In this document: positions 37,223-48,600 of the stretch, piece after piece | Layout: every line of letters starts with the position of its first letter | How positions within the stretch are numbered: position 1 is the stretch's first letter | NCBI GenBank assembly: GCA_964345285.1 | Contig: CAYFQN010000001.1 | Span: forward strand, 325 to 64,324 | Origin: an uncultured Rhodothermales bacterium | GTDB taxonomy: Bacteria > Bacteroidota > Rhodothermia > Rhodothermales > Salinibacteraceae | Reading direction: 5' to 3' | Length of the DNA: 64,000 bases | Position numbers and translations under genes: made by a program | The notes under the pieces: model-generated | Told to the model about the DNA's origin: nothing | Database searches by the model: none | What the model saw: only the letters and a program-made list of their open reading frames with translations

Positions 37223-39364
37223 ATGCCAGAAGCAATCACCCAAGAAATTGAATACGCCCCCGGCAAAACGATGACCATCGAGACGGGGCGTCTCGCGAAG
37301 CAAGCCAACGGATCCGTCGTGGTCCGTCTCGGCGACACCATGGTGCTGTCCACCGCCACGCTGTCGGATAGTATCCGCGAAGGCACAAGCTTTTTTCCAC
37401 TAACCGTTGACTACCGCGAGAAATTCGCGGCTGGCGGCAAGGTGCCGGGCGGCTTCATCAAGCGTGAAGGCCGGCCGACCGACAAAGAAACCCTGACGGC
37501 TCGCCTCATCGACCGAGCCATCCGCCCGCTCTTTCCCGACGGGTTCTACTACAATGTCCACCTCGTGAACTACGTCGTCTCCGCCGATGAGCGGCACGAC
37601 GCCGACGTGGTAGCCGGCGTGGGCGCCTCGGCGGCGCTGATGCTCTCCGGCGCACCTTTCGATGGCCCGATCGCCGAAGTGCGCGTTGGCCGTGTCGATG
37701 GCGAATACATCGTCAACCCGACCATCGAAGAAACTGAAGATAGCGACATCGATCTCGTCGTGGCCGGGAAGGAAGACGCCATCGTGATGGTCGAGGGCGA
37801 GATGGACGAGATCAGCGAAGAAGAGATGGTGAACGCGCTCGACGTGGCGCACGACGCCATCCAGAAACTGTGCTGGGGTCAGAAGGAACTCGTCAAGAAG
37901 TTTGGCGGCCCCAATACGTATGAGTACGAAACGATCACGACAGACGAGGACCTCATCCGTCGCGTCGATGAGGTCGTGGGCGACCAAATCAACGAACACA
38001 TCCACCAGCAGTACGAGAAAGAAGCGTTCTACGCGCGCATCTCCGACATCAAAGATGCCGCCGTCGAAGCGCTCGTCAGCAATGGCGACCTCGATGAAGA
38101 GCTGACCGGCGAGGTGCGCGACGCCGTTTCCAAGGTGGAGCAGCGGCGCATGCGCGAGATGGTCCTGGCCGAAGGCAAGCGCCTCGATAACCGTCGCCTG
38201 GACGAGGTGCGCTCCATCTGGACGCAGACCAGCTACCTGCCGCGCGTGCATGGCTCGGCGGTCTTCACCCGCGGCGAGACGCAGGTGCTCGGTTCCGTTA
38301 CGCTCGGCACGAGCAAAGACGTCCAGCCGGTCGACGAGGTCTTCACCGACGTAGACAAGTCGTTCTTCCTGCACTACCGCTTTCCGCCGTTCTGCGTGGG
38401 CGAAGCGAGCTTCCTCCGCGGGCCGAAGCGCCGCGAAATCGGTCACGGTATTCTAGCGGAACGCGCCCTCAAGCCGGTCATCCCGAGCCAGGACCAATTC
38501 CCGTACACGATTCGCGTGAATGCCGAGGTCCTGGAGTCAAACGGTTCCTCCTCGATGGCCAGCGTGTGCGCGGGTAGCCTCGCGCTCATGGACGCCGGCG
38601 TGCCAATCAAGAAGCCGGTTGCGGGCATCGCCATGGGCCTCATCACGGATGGTGAGCGCACCCAGATCCTAACGGATATCCTGGGCACCGAGGATCACCT
38701 TGGCGACATGGACTTCAAGATTACGGGCACCCGCGACGGCATCACGGCCTGCCAAATGGACATTAAGGTAGACGGCCTACAGCGCGAGACGCTGCTGAAG
38801 GCGCTGAAGCAGGCCCGCCAGGCGCGCTCCGAGATCCTCGATACCATGCATGAGGACCTGCCCGAGCCGCGCACTGAGTTGTCTCGCTTCGCACCACGCC
38901 TCACGAAGCTCACAATCGACCCCGAGCACATCGGCGCCGTCATCGGCCCGGGTGGCAAGATCGTCAAGAGCATCCAGAACGAGACGAACACGCAGGTCAC
39001 CGTCGACGAAGAAGATGGCGTTGGCATCGTAACGATCGCGGCCAAGGACCAGAAAGGAGCCGAAGCCGCCGTCGAGCGGATTAAGCAGATCGTGGCTGAG
39101 CCGGAAGAGGGCGAAGACTACGAAGGCACGGTCCGCGCCGTGAAAGGCTTCGGAGCCATCGTGGAAATCATGCCCGGCAAGTCCGGCCTGCTCCACATTT
39201 CCGAGCTTGACCACGGCTATGTCGAGAACGTCGAGGACTACATGAAGGTGGGCGACAAAGTGAAAGTCCACCTCCTCGAGGTCCGCGACGACGGCAAATT
39301 GCGCCTGACGCGCATGCCCTTCGTCGATGACCCGAAAGATAGCAACGGGCAAAAGGGTAACTGA
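37223..39364 (+). CDS. pnp: polyribonucleotide nucleotidyltransferase (PNPase)
   Basis: 713 aa with two RNase PH domains (GSSSMASVC) followed by KH and S1 domains. Confidence 0.95.
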   Translation: MPEAITQEIEYAPGKTMTIETGRLAKQANGSVVVRLGDTMVLSTATLSDSIREGTSFFPLTVDYREKFAAGGKVPGGFIKREGRPTDKETLTARLIDRAIRPLFPDGFYYNVHLVNYVVSADERHDADVVAGVGASAALMLSGAPFDGPIAEVRVGRVDGEYIVNPTIEETEDSDIDLVVAGKEDAIVMVEGEMDEISEEEMVNALDVAHDAIQKLCWGQKELVKKFGGPNTYEYETITTDEDLIRRVDEVVGDQINEHIHQQYEKEAFYARISDIKDAAVEALVSNGDLDEELTGEVRDAVSKVEQRRMREMVLAEGKRLDNRRLDEVRSIWTQTSYLPRVHGSAVFTRGETQVLGSVTLGTSKDVQPVDEVFTDVDKSFFLHYRFPPFCVGEASFLRGPKRREIGHGILAERALKPVIPSQDQFPYTIRVNAEVLESNGSSSMASVCAGSLALMDAGVPIKKPVAGIAMGLITDGERTQILTDILGTEDHLGDMDFKITGTRDGITACQMDIKVDGLQRETLLKALKQARQARSEILDTMHEDLPEPRTELSRFAPRLTKLTIDPEHIGAVIGPGGKIVKSIQNETNTQVTVDEEDGVGIVTIAAKDQKGAEAAVERIKQIVAEPEEGEDYEGTVRAVKGFGAIVEIMPGKSGLLHISELDHGYVENVEDYMKVGDKVKVHLLEVRDDGKLRLTRMPFVDDPKDSNGQKGN

Positions 39365-39389
39365 TCCCCACCGACGTTACGTGCATCAC

Positions 39390-39423
39390 CCAACGGCGAG
39401 GGCTTCCCGGCTCTCGCCGTTGG
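39390..39423 (+). terminator. strong hairpin after pnp (putative terminator, no U-tract)
   Basis: An 11-bp perfect stem, CCAACGGCGAG ... CTCGCCGTTGG. It is followed by CATAAT rather than a run of T. Confidence 0.45.
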
Positions 39424-39492
39424 CATAATGGAACCTGTTGCCTAGTTTGGTAACCTCCCCGCTGAGACACGCAACCAACTTCATCAACCTGC

Positions 39493-40440
39493 ATGAACAT
39501 CTTAGTGACCGGCGGTGCCGGATTCATCGGCTCCCACGTGGCCGACGCACTCCTTGACCAGGGCCACACCGTCCACATCCTGGACGATCTCTCTACGGGG
39601 CGCAGCGAGAATGTGCCACCCGCGGCTCCGCTGCACGCGTTCGACATCCGCTCCCACGAGGCGGCGGCGCTGATGGAGCGCGAACCATTCGACGTGCTGG
39701 TCCACCACGCAGCGCAGATGGACGTCCGTGCCTCCGTCGCCGATCCGAGCTTCGACGCCGACGTGAACGTGCGCGGCTTTCTGAACCTTGTGGAGGCGGG
39801 CCGGAAGAACGGGCTCAAGAAGATCCTCTTTGCGTCGACCGGCGGCGCCATCTACGGTGAGCCCGATTATACCCCGCAGGACGAAGACCATCCGGTGCGC
39901 CCGCTCTCGCCGTATGGCATCACGAAGCTGTGCACGGAAAAGTACCTGTACTTCTACCAGCAGCAGCACGGCATCGACTACGTGGCGCTGCGCTATGCGA
40001 ATGTGTACGGCCCACGCCAGAACCCACACGGCGAGGCTGGCGTTGTTGCAATCTTCACGCAACGCATGTTAAAAGGCGACCAGCCCATCATTAATGGCGA
40101 TGGCAAGCAGACGCGCGACTACGTGTTCGTCGGCGACGTGGTGCAGGCCAACCTCGCTGCGCTGGATTACGACGCATCGGGGGTGTTCAACGTGGGAACA
40201 GGCACCGAGACGAACGTCAACGAGCTCTTCCACACGATCCGCGATCTGACCAGCGCCGATATCCCTGAAGAGCACGGCGAGGCCAAGCCGGGTGAGCAGC
40301 AACGCAGCGTACTTAGCTACGCACGCTCGAAGCAAGAGCTGGGCTGGAGCCCCCAGGTCGATGTCGGCGAGGGGCTGGCCCGCACCGTCGACTGGTTCAA
40401 GGAGCAGGAAGAGCGGCAAGAGGTCGAAGACACAGAGTAA
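39493..40440 (+). CDS. NAD-dependent epimerase/dehydratase (UDP-glucose 4-epimerase-like SDR)
   Basis: The N-terminal motif is GGAGFIGSH. The catalytic YxxxK is in PYGITKLCTEKY. Confidence 0.8.
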   Translation: MNILVTGGAGFIGSHVADALLDQGHTVHILDDLSTGRSENVPPAAPLHAFDIRSHEAAALMEREPFDVLVHHAAQMDVRASVADPSFDADVNVRGFLNLVEAGRKNGLKKILFASTGGAIYGEPDYTPQDEDHPVRPLSPYGITKLCTEKYLYFYQQQHGIDYVALRYANVYGPRQNPHGEAGVVAIFTQRMLKGDQPIINGDGKQTRDYVFVGDVVQANLAALDYDASGVFNVGTGTETNVNELFHTIRDLTSADIPEEHGEAKPGEQQRSVLSYARSKQELGWSPQVDVGEGLARTVDWFKEQEERQEVEDTE

Positions 40441-40503
40441 GAGTGTCTTTGCCTCATAGTATTCAGGCGCCGCATCGAGCCTCTACACCCGCAGCGCAAC
40501 CCC

Positions 40504-41277
40504 ATGTATCGCGTTCAACTGCAGCAGTTTGAAGGTCCGATGGACCTGCTACTGTTCTTTATCAAGCGGGATGAGATCGACATCTACGACATCCCGATCG
40601 CTCAGATCGCGGATGAGTACCTGGCGTACGTGCGCCTTTTGGAACAGATCGACCTCGACGGGGTCGGCGACTTCATCTACATGGCGGCGCTACTCATTAA
40701 CATCAAGGCGCGGATGCTGCTTCCGAGCCAGGAGGTCGATGAGGATGGCGAACCCATCGATCCGCGGCAAGAACTCGTAGAGCGCCTGCTCGAGTACGTG
40801 CGGTTCAAAGAAGCCGCCAGCCAGTTGGAGAATCAGGCCGAGCGCCGCGCGCAGCACGTTACTCGCGGTGAGGCCTCTTCGGAGCGGGACGAACTGCAGG
40901 ACGGTCATGAGCCCGAGGTCGCCGACTCATTGTTCGACCTCGTTACCGTGCTAGGCGATATGCTCCGCAAGGCGCCGAACGAGGAGGAGCCTGTCCACGA
41001 GGTGGAGCCGCACGAATACTCCATCGAAGAGCAGCAGCGCTACGTGTTTGAGCGCCTCGACACGGGCCGTCCGCTCTCATTCCGCACGCTGGTTCGTGAG
41101 CGGTCGAAGGCGTTTATTATCGCTACCTTCTTAGCCGTCCTGGAGATGGCCCGGCAAGGCCACCTCCACGTGCTGCTTGACGCGTCGAGCCTTGATTTCC
41201 AGCTGCAGAAGCGCGAGGGCGTGACCCTGTCCGACGTCCAGCCCGCCTCCGTGAACGATGCGCCCCCACTGGTGTGA
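40504..41277 (+). CDS. scpA: segregation and condensation protein A
   Basis: The N-terminus FEGPMDLLLFFIKRDEIDIYDIPIAQI is typical of ScpA. scpB follows directly. Confidence 0.85.
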   Translation: MYRVQLQQFEGPMDLLLFFIKRDEIDIYDIPIAQIADEYLAYVRLLEQIDLDGVGDFIYMAALLINIKARMLLPSQEVDEDGEPIDPRQELVERLLEYVRFKEAASQLENQAERRAQHVTRGEASSERDELQDGHEPEVADSLFDLVTVLGDMLRKAPNEEEPVHEVEPHEYSIEEQQRYVFERLDTGRPLSFRTLVRERSKAFIIATFLAVLEMARQGHLHVLLDASSLDFQLQKREGVTLSDVQPASVNDAPPLV

Positions 41278-41332
41278 CCGGGGCCCGCGTTGCCGCGCCG
41301 CCATTCGCGCTTTTTGCTGAACCTGATTTGCT

Positions 41333-42058
41333 ATGTCATCCGCGAACGGACATTCCAACGACGCGTCTACCGACAAGGCACCGATCCGTCGTACCTTGAC
41401 GCAGGTGGCTGAAGCGGTGATCTTTGCAGCGGACAACCCCGTGTCGCCGGGACGCATTGCCGACATTGTCGCTGAAGTGACTGGACAAGCCGCGCCGAAT
41501 GAAGACACCGTCCGCGACGCCGTCGAACAGCTCAACGCCACGTACGCCGAGCACGAGCGGGCCTTCGAGATCCACGAGTGGGGTGGGGGCTACCGCATGG
41601 CGACGCGCACTGAACTGTCGCCGTTTGTGAAAGCGCTCTTCGGGCAAGAGCAGGAAAAGAGGCTATCGGCCTCGCTTATGGAGACGTTGGCCATCCTCGC
41701 GTATCGGCAACCGGTGACGCGCCCGGAAGTCGACTTCATCCGCGGCGTGAACTCGGACTACGCCATTCGCAAGCTCCTCGAACTCGGACTTGCTGATGTC
41801 AAGGGCCGCAGCGATTCACTGGGCCGCCCGCTGCTCTACGGGACAACGCCGCGGTTTCTTGATCAGTTTGGGCTCACCAGCTTAGACGATCTACCAACCC
41901 TCCGCGAAATCGAGGAGTTGCTTGATGAGCCGCATTTCGACGAGGAGCGGGCCCGGCTGCTCGCGCTCAAGGGCGAAGCCGCTTCCATTGACGGGGAGGA
42001 TGCGCCCGAAATTACCCCTAATGGCACCGACGCCCCCAAGGGCTCGCAGGATTCATAA
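41333..42058 (+). CDS. scpB: segregation and condensation protein B
   Basis: Motifs EAVIFAADNPVS and ETLAILAYRQPVTRPEVDFIRGV are present, with an acidic tail. Confidence 0.85.
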   Translation: MSSANGHSNDASTDKAPIRRTLTQVAEAVIFAADNPVSPGRIADIVAEVTGQAAPNEDTVRDAVEQLNATYAEHERAFEIHEWGGGYRMATRTELSPFVKALFGQEQEKRLSASLMETLAILAYRQPVTRPEVDFIRGVNSDYAIRKLLELGLADVKGRSDSLGRPLLYGTTPRFLDQFGLTSLDDLPTLREIEELLDEPHFDEERARLLALKGEAASIDGEDAPEITPNGTDAPKGSQDS

Positions 42059-42144
42059 GCTTTGTACCGTCGCCGTGGCACCACGCCCCGCCGTCTGGCT
42101 TACAATACGTATCCATCAGCCTCATTCAACGGCTTTGTCTTTCG

Positions 42145-42918
42145 ATGGCTTCGTCTTCAGACCGTTACAACCCTCACACCTCGGCCGATCGCCCGGGCAC
42201 GCGGATCAACAAGTACATCGCCCACGCCGGCGTGTGCTCCCGCCGCGACGCTGATACGCTCGTAGAACAGGGGCGCGTCAAGATAGATGGCGAGGTGGTT
42301 ACGCAACACGGTACGCGTGTCAAGCCAGGACAAACCGTTGAAGTCGATGGCAAGAACATATCGCCGAAGCAGAAGCAGTACATTCTGCTTAATAAGCCGA
42401 AAGACACCATCAGCACTACGGATGACGAGAAGGATCGCCGCACGGTGCTTGATGTGGTGGGGGCGGGAGGGCGCAACCCGAAGGGTCTTTTCCCTGTGGG
42501 GCGGCTGGATCGTAACACGGTGGGCGTGATACTTATCACAAACGACGGCGATCTTGCACACCGGCTCATGCATCCGCGGTTCGAGGTGGGCAAGATTTAC
42601 TTCGTGCGCACGCAAGATCCCGTTAAGCCGCATCAGGTCGACGCGCTTCGGCGGGGTATTGACCTGGAGGATGGTCTGGCCCAGGCGGATGATGTAGCGT
42701 ACGTCGACCCGTCCAACCAGAAAGAGGTCCTGATTAAGTTGCATGAGGGCCGCAACCGACAAATCCGGCGCATGATGGAGCGGCTGGGGCACACCATTGT
42801 GCTCTTGGAACGGGTGGAGTATGCCGGACTCACGGCTGGCGATTTGCCGCGGGGGCACTACCGGCGCCTCCACAAGCAGGAAGTCAACACATTACGCAAA
42901 CGGGTTCAGCTGAATTAG
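42145..42918 (+). CDS. RluB/RsuA-family rRNA pseudouridine synthase with S4 domain
   Basis: The S4 N-terminus is [18 protein letters not shown]. The catalytic motif is GRLDRNTVG. Confidence 0.8.
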   Translation: MASSSDRYNPHTSADRPGTRINKYIAHAGVCSRRDADTLVEQGRVKIDGEVVTQHGTRVKPGQTVEVDGKNISPKQKQYILLNKPKDTISTTDDEKDRRTVLDVVGAGGRNPKGLFPVGRLDRNTVGVILITNDGDLAHRLMHPRFEVGKIYFVRTQDPVKPHQVDALRRGIDLEDGLAQADDVAYVDPSNQKEVLIKLHEGRNRQIRRMMERLGHTIVLLERVEYAGLTAGDLPRGHYRRLHKQEVNTLRKRVQLN

Positions 42919-42931
42919 CACTTTTGATCTT

Positions 42932-44452
42932 ATGGAGACTACACCAACCAACTCGGAGTTGATGGCTAACGGAGTAACCGCCACAAAAATACGTGGCGAG
43001 GGCCTCACGTATGATGACGTACTGCTTGTGCCGGCACGATCATCTGTCATGCCGCGCCAGGTGACAACCGAGACCCAACTCACGCGCACCATTACACTCA
43101 ATATTCCGCTGGTATCGGCGGCGATGGACACGGTTACGGAAGCCAACCTTGCCATCGCAATCGCGCGAGAGGGCGGCGTGGGCGTGCTACATAAAAACAT
43201 GCCGATCAAGCAGCAGGCCGCGGAGGTCCGCCGGGTGAAGCGCTCTGAAAGCGGGATGATCCTCGACCCCATCACGATCTCGGCGCATGACACCGTGGCC
43301 GACGCGCGCCGGATGATGGCCACGTACTCAATCGGTGGGATCCCCGTCGTCGACGAGAGCGACAAGCTAGTGGGGATCGTGACGAACCGAGACGTACGGT
43401 TCGAGCTTGACGGCGACACCCCCATACGGGAGATGATGACCTCCGAGGAACTCGTCACTGCGCCGGTAGGAACCACCCTCGACGAAGCCGTCAATATCCT
43501 TCAGCGCCATAAGGTCGAAAAGCTACCCGTGGTTGACGGACAGGGCTTCCTGAAGGGCCTCATTACGTTCAAAGACATCCGAAAGCGCCGGAAGCACCCG
43601 AACGCTTGCAAGGACGAGCACGGACGTCTTCGCGTCGGAGCGGCTGTCGGAATTACGCCGGATGTGCTCGACCGCGTTTCAGCCCTCGTTGAGGTAGGCG
43701 TCGACTTTATCACTGTGGACACCGCCCACGGCCATTCGGAAGGTGTTCTCCAAACCGTCGAACGCATCGCTGATCGCTTCAATGGGCAGGTCGACATTGT
43801 AGCTGGTAATGTGGGCACGGCGGAGGGCACACGCGACCTCATCGAAGCCGGTGCCGATGCGGTGAAGGTTGGCATTGGACCGGGATCTATTTGTACGACG
43901 CGCATCGTCGCGGGTGTTGGGGTGCCGCAATTGACCGCTATCATGGATTGCGCCAGCGCCGCCCGCGAGCAGGGCGTACCCATCATCGCCGACGGTGGCA
44001 TCAAGCAAACCGGTGATATTGCGAAGGCCTTAGCGGCTGGCGCGAACACCGTCATGATTGGTGGGTTGTTTGCCGGTGTGGAGGAGAGTCCGGGCGAGAC
44101 GGTGCTCTATGAAGGGCGTAAGTACAAAAGCTACCGCGGCATGGGCTCTGTGAGTGCCATGGACGCTGGCAGCAAGGACCGGTACTTCCAAGACGTGGAA
44201 GACGACATTCAGAAGCTCGTTCCGGAAGGTGTCGAAGGTAGAGTGCCGTACAGCGGTACGCTCGGTGAAGTTGTCCATCAGATGACGGGCGGACTGCGCG
44301 CCGCCATGGGCTACTGCGGCTGCGAAACGGTGCAAGCGTTGTATGAGCGCGCCCAGTTTGTTCGCGCCACCGCTGCAGGCTTGCGAGAGAGTCACCCGCA
44401 CGACATCGAGATTACTAAGGAGCCGCCCAACTACAGTGCGAGTCCCAAGTAA
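42932..44452 (+). CDS. guaB: IMP dehydrogenase
   Basis: Contains [10 protein letters not shown], a CBS pair, the catalytic loop [11 protein letters not shown], and GGIKQTGD. Confidence 0.95.
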   Translation: METTPTNSELMANGVTATKIRGEGLTYDDVLLVPARSSVMPRQVTTETQLTRTITLNIPLVSAAMDTVTEANLAIAIAREGGVGVLHKNMPIKQQAAEVRRVKRSESGMILDPITISAHDTVADARRMMATYSIGGIPVVDESDKLVGIVTNRDVRFELDGDTPIREMMTSEELVTAPVGTTLDEAVNILQRHKVEKLPVVDGQGFLKGLITFKDIRKRRKHPNACKDEHGRLRVGAAVGITPDVLDRVSALVEVGVDFITVDTAHGHSEGVLQTVERIADRFNGQVDIVAGNVGTAEGTRDLIEAGADAVKVGIGPGSICTTRIVAGVGVPQLTAIMDCASAAREQGVPIIADGGIKQTGDIAKALAAGANTVMIGGLFAGVEESPGETVLYEGRKYKSYRGMGSVSAMDAGSKDRYFQDVEDDIQKLVPEGVEGRVPYSGTLGEVVHQMTGGLRAAMGYCGCETVQALYERAQFVRATAAGLRESHPHDIEITKEPPNYSASPK

Positions 44453-44518
44453 GCCGGTACGCTGCAAGCCGTAAGGTCTCCCGGCGCGCTGGTGGGCGTG
44501 TTGGCTAAAGCACTAAAT

Positions 44519-44530
44519 CTGTTATTGCAA
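44519..44530 (+). repeat. copy 2 of the recurrent 12-mer (CTGTTATTGCAA variant)
   Basis: Read directly: cacTAAATCTGTTATTGCAAtg. The last A of the motif is the A of the pepP-like ATG at 44530. Confidence 0.85.
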
Positions 44531-45597
44531 TGCAACACCGTCTAAACTCGCTGCGAGCTGGCATGGTGGACCACGAGGCGGACGCCGTACTCCTCTCGTT
44601 TATGCCGGACATTCGATGGGCTTCCGGTTTCACCGGCTCCAATGCGCTACTGATCGTTACGTCAAGCGCCGTGCATTTCCTCACAGATGGCCGCTATGCC
44701 TCGCAGGCGAACCGGGAAGTGCAGGACGCCGATGTCCATATCCCGGAAGGGAGTTTGCTCGGTTACGCAGCAGAGGAAGCGCTGCTGCCGGCCGGTGCTG
44801 CTGTGCTGTTTCAAGCCGACCATGTGACCGTGGCCAACCTCGAGCAACTGGAAAGTCATTTTCCATCGGTCGATTGGCAGCCTGTGTCGAACTTCCTAGT
44901 CGAACAGGTGGCGGCCAAGGATGTCAGCGAGATTGAGCACGTGCAAGCCGCGCAGGCTATCACCGACGACGTCTTTGAGCATCTCTGTACCGTCATGGAG
45001 CCCGGGATGACAGAGCGCGCCATTGCAGCCGAAATCGTATACCAGCACATGACACGGGGCGCGGAACGGATGGCGTTCGATCCGATCGTAGCATCCGGAC
45101 CAAATGGCTCACTCCCGCACGCCCGGCCGACCCATCGAAAGCTTCAGCATGGGGATTTCGTGGTTATTGACATGGGTGGAGTCGTCAATGGGTACGCGTC
45201 CGACATGACCCGAACGGTTGCGCTTGGTGCCGTCGACCAAGAGGCCCGCCGCCACTATGAAGCCGTACTCGACGCTCAGGAGCAGGCCATCGGAGCTGCG
45301 CGGGCCGGCATGACGGGGGCAGAACTGGATACCGTCGCCCGCAACGTGCTGCGTGAAGCCAACCTGGACGACTATTTTGCGCACAGCTTAGGACACGGTA
45401 TTGGTTTACAGACGCACGAGTGGCCGCGGCTATCTCAACGTGTAGAGCACGTGCTCCCAGTGGGGGCTACGGTGACCATTGAGCCGGGGGTTTACGTCCC
45501 AGAGCGATACGGCATTCGAATTGAAGATATCGTGGCTCTCCAGGAGGATGGATGCACCAACTTGACCCATGCTTCCAAACACCTTGTCGTGATTTAG
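44530..45597 (+). CDS. M24-family Xaa-Pro aminopeptidase
   Basis: Metal-ligand motifs are DMGGVVNGYASDMTRT, HSLGHGIGLQTHEWP and IEPGVY..IRIED. Confidence 0.85.
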   Translation: MQHRLNSLRAGMVDHEADAVLLSFMPDIRWASGFTGSNALLIVTSSAVHFLTDGRYASQANREVQDADVHIPEGSLLGYAAEEALLPAGAAVLFQADHVTVANLEQLESHFPSVDWQPVSNFLVEQVAAKDVSEIEHVQAAQAITDDVFEHLCTVMEPGMTERAIAAEIVYQHMTRGAERMAFDPIVASGPNGSLPHARPTHRKLQHGDFVVIDMGGVVNGYASDMTRTVALGAVDQEARRHYEAVLDAQEQAIGAARAGMTGAELDTVARNVLREANLDDYFAHSLGHGIGLQTHEWPRLSQRVEHVLPVGATVTIEPGVYVPERYGIRIEDIVALQEDGCTNLTHASKHLVVI

Positions 45598-45600
45598 ATA

Positions 45601-48600
45601 ATGCCGTTATTGCAAAGTACCACATGCAAATGTGCGGCATTGGCGGGGTGGGTCTTGGTTCTAGTGTTTCCCCTTCGCGTTTTTGGCCAGGTTGAACTTA
45701 TCGTCTCTCCGGTTGAAGATGCAGCGCCCGCCTATGTGCAGGTCCTTGACCGGCTGGCAGCTAAGTCAGGGCCGCCGGACTCGATGGATGCGTCGCTCTT
45801 CGGGAACGCACTGGCTGCTACGTCTGTGTTTGGCACGGCGAATCGTCTCTCTAAATCTCCGCAGCCGGCTCCTCCGTACGCGTTTACTCTGACATTCGCT
45901 GATTCTGCCGCGTACCGTACTGCTATGCGACAGTGGGCCAGCCGGTCGGACATTGCAGCCGTAGAGCCGAATGCCTCGTTCGGGCTGCACGCTCCCGCGC
46001 CCGTTACAGGCCAGCCAGGGTCTGACCCGCAGGCGGACAGCCTTACCCACTTAAACGTCATTCGCGCACGGGAGGCCTGGAGTGAATCCACCGGTTCGCC
46101 CGACGTGCGCATCGGTCTGGTCGATACGGGGCTTGACCTGGACCATCCCGATCTCCGCAGTCAGCTGTGGATCAACCCTGGGGAAGACCTGAATGGGAAT
46201 GGTCGAGTGGATCGGTCTGATTTGAACGGTGTAGACGATGACCAGAATGGATGGGTCGATGACTTGCACGGATACGACTTCGTAGACCGCCCCAGCGTCG
46301 TTGAGATGGGCGACTTCCGTGAGCGGGATGCAGACCCCTCGGCCGATCCAGATGGCCCCTTTAGCGGACACGCCACGGCGGTGGCTGGAGCGATGTCAGC
46401 TGCCCGCAACAATGCCGAGGGGATCACGGGTGTTGCGCCCGGAAGTCGTCTCGTACCACTCCGTGCGTTTGGGGGGGATGGCCGAGGGGCCACTGATGAC
46501 ATTGCGGCCGCCATCGTGTATGCCGTGCAACAGGGGGTGGATGTCGTCAATCTGTCCTTTGGGCGCGACTTCGCTTCTCCGTTGCTGGAAGCCACCATTC
46601 AATATGCAGTAGCCCAAGGTACTGTTGTCGTGGCCTCAGCCGGAAATAACGGGGGCGACGATCCTCATTATCCGTCTGATTACCCTGCTGTTATCTCAGT
46701 CGCTTGGTTGAATGCCAATGGCACAGACATCGCATTTCGAGGAGAGTACGGTATCGGCATCGACATTGGTGCGCCGGGGACGGCCATCTACACAACCCTG
46801 AAACCGCCGCTGGGTGCTGACGGGGCCGCTCAAAACATGTACGGCCGGCAAAGCGGATCGTCGATGGCCGCGCCGCTTGTAACGGGCACTGTAGCGCTCC
46901 TCCGATCCATAGACCCTTCGCTTTCGCCCAGCACCGTTCGAAGCATCCTCACGGCATCGGCGCGCGACATCGGGGCACCGGGCTGGGACCACCGTACGGC
47001 GTCGGGCCGCCTGGACGTTGCCTCTGCATTAGCTCGTGCTCTGCCCGGCCGCACGGAAATTACCTCGCCATCTCACAACCAGGGCACAGCGGATCCAGCC
47101 CTGCCCATTATCGGAACGGCCATCGACCCGTCGTTTGCCAGCTATACCGTGTTCTATGCAGCAGGAACACGGGACTTGGACGATCTCTCTGCTGGGTGGA
47201 CACGACTGACCGGGCCGGTTGAGCGGCAAGTCCTGAATGACACGCTTGCCGTGCTGCCGGCCGAGACGCTAGATGAAGGAGCCTACACGCTGCGGCTAGT
47301 AACCACACTGCGTGGTGGCACTCAGGTCGAGGATCGGCGGCGCGTGTACGTGGATCGATCAGCTCCAGTCATTGACCCGCAACTCATTGACGTCGGGTTG
47401 CTGGACGGGGCGTACGGCGTGCTTGCTGACGTAAGATCGACCGACCTCACCACGGCGCACATGCGCATCCAGCACGGCACGTCCACATACACCGTCTCAT
47501 CCGAGGTGCGCAATGCCCGGCACGGCCTGTTCTGGCCGGACAAGCGCGGGCGGGGCGGTGTGGCCAATGTTCACTTGGCGTTGAGAAACGCAAGCGGACT
47601 GTCGGCTTGCATCGATACGGTGCTCCAGATTCCGCCATGGCGCGCCAACACGGCACTGCTCAACGAAACGCCCCTCCAGGTCCCGCACGGCGCGTTGCTC
47701 CCACAAGCCACGGATTTTGATGGTGATGGGCTGCGAGAGATTGTTTTCAACCAGTATGAGCGCGGTGCTTTGGGCGACACGCTGCGAGCACTCGAGTGGG
47801 ATGGCACGGCGTTTAGCCCCCTACAGGCCTTGGTAGCAAACGTGATCCCCCGCGATGTTGGGGATACGAACGGAGATGGACGCCTGGAATTGTTAACCCA
47901 AGTGGGGGGCGCCACGCTCCTCCTGGAACAGGGGCCGGCTGATGCCTTCCCAACGCAGGAGCGCTTTGTGGACACCACAGGACTCAGCCGTCCAGGCGCC
48001 ATCGATGCAGTCTGGGGCGGCCGCCTCACCGACTTAGACCGCGATGGGCAGGGCGAGATACTGGCCCACAATCGTACGAGATGGCGCGTGTTGGAATGGA
48101 ACGGCACCACGTACGATGAGATAGCTCGCCTAGCCAACCCGACTGGGGCCGACGGCGCCGATCCGGCTGTGGACGCTAACGGGTTTCAACAGCCGTTAGC
48201 TGTCGTGGAAGATTTTGATGGAGACGGTCGAACAAATGTCCTCGTGGGCGACAATGATGGTGACTGGATCGTGTACGAAGCCACCGGCAACGATCGCTTT
48301 GAGACCGTTTGGACGCACGAGACAGATCGCATCGATGGAGGAGCGCGCTTCGCCTCGGGTGACTTCGACGGGGACGGCAACCCAGACGTTGTGACGTACA
48401 CTCAGAACCTACCCATTTTGACAGCCGATGGCGCCCGCGAGCCACCAATCGGAGTGTACTACTTCTGGGAGAGTCAAGCCGATGATCGGTTTCTGCTGCG
48501 TCAAACCATACCGGTTCGTGGCAGTAACTCATCGCATGGTGCCCTCACATCTGCGGACTTCGACAGCGATGGGCAAGACGAGGTAGCCATCGTGCACCCT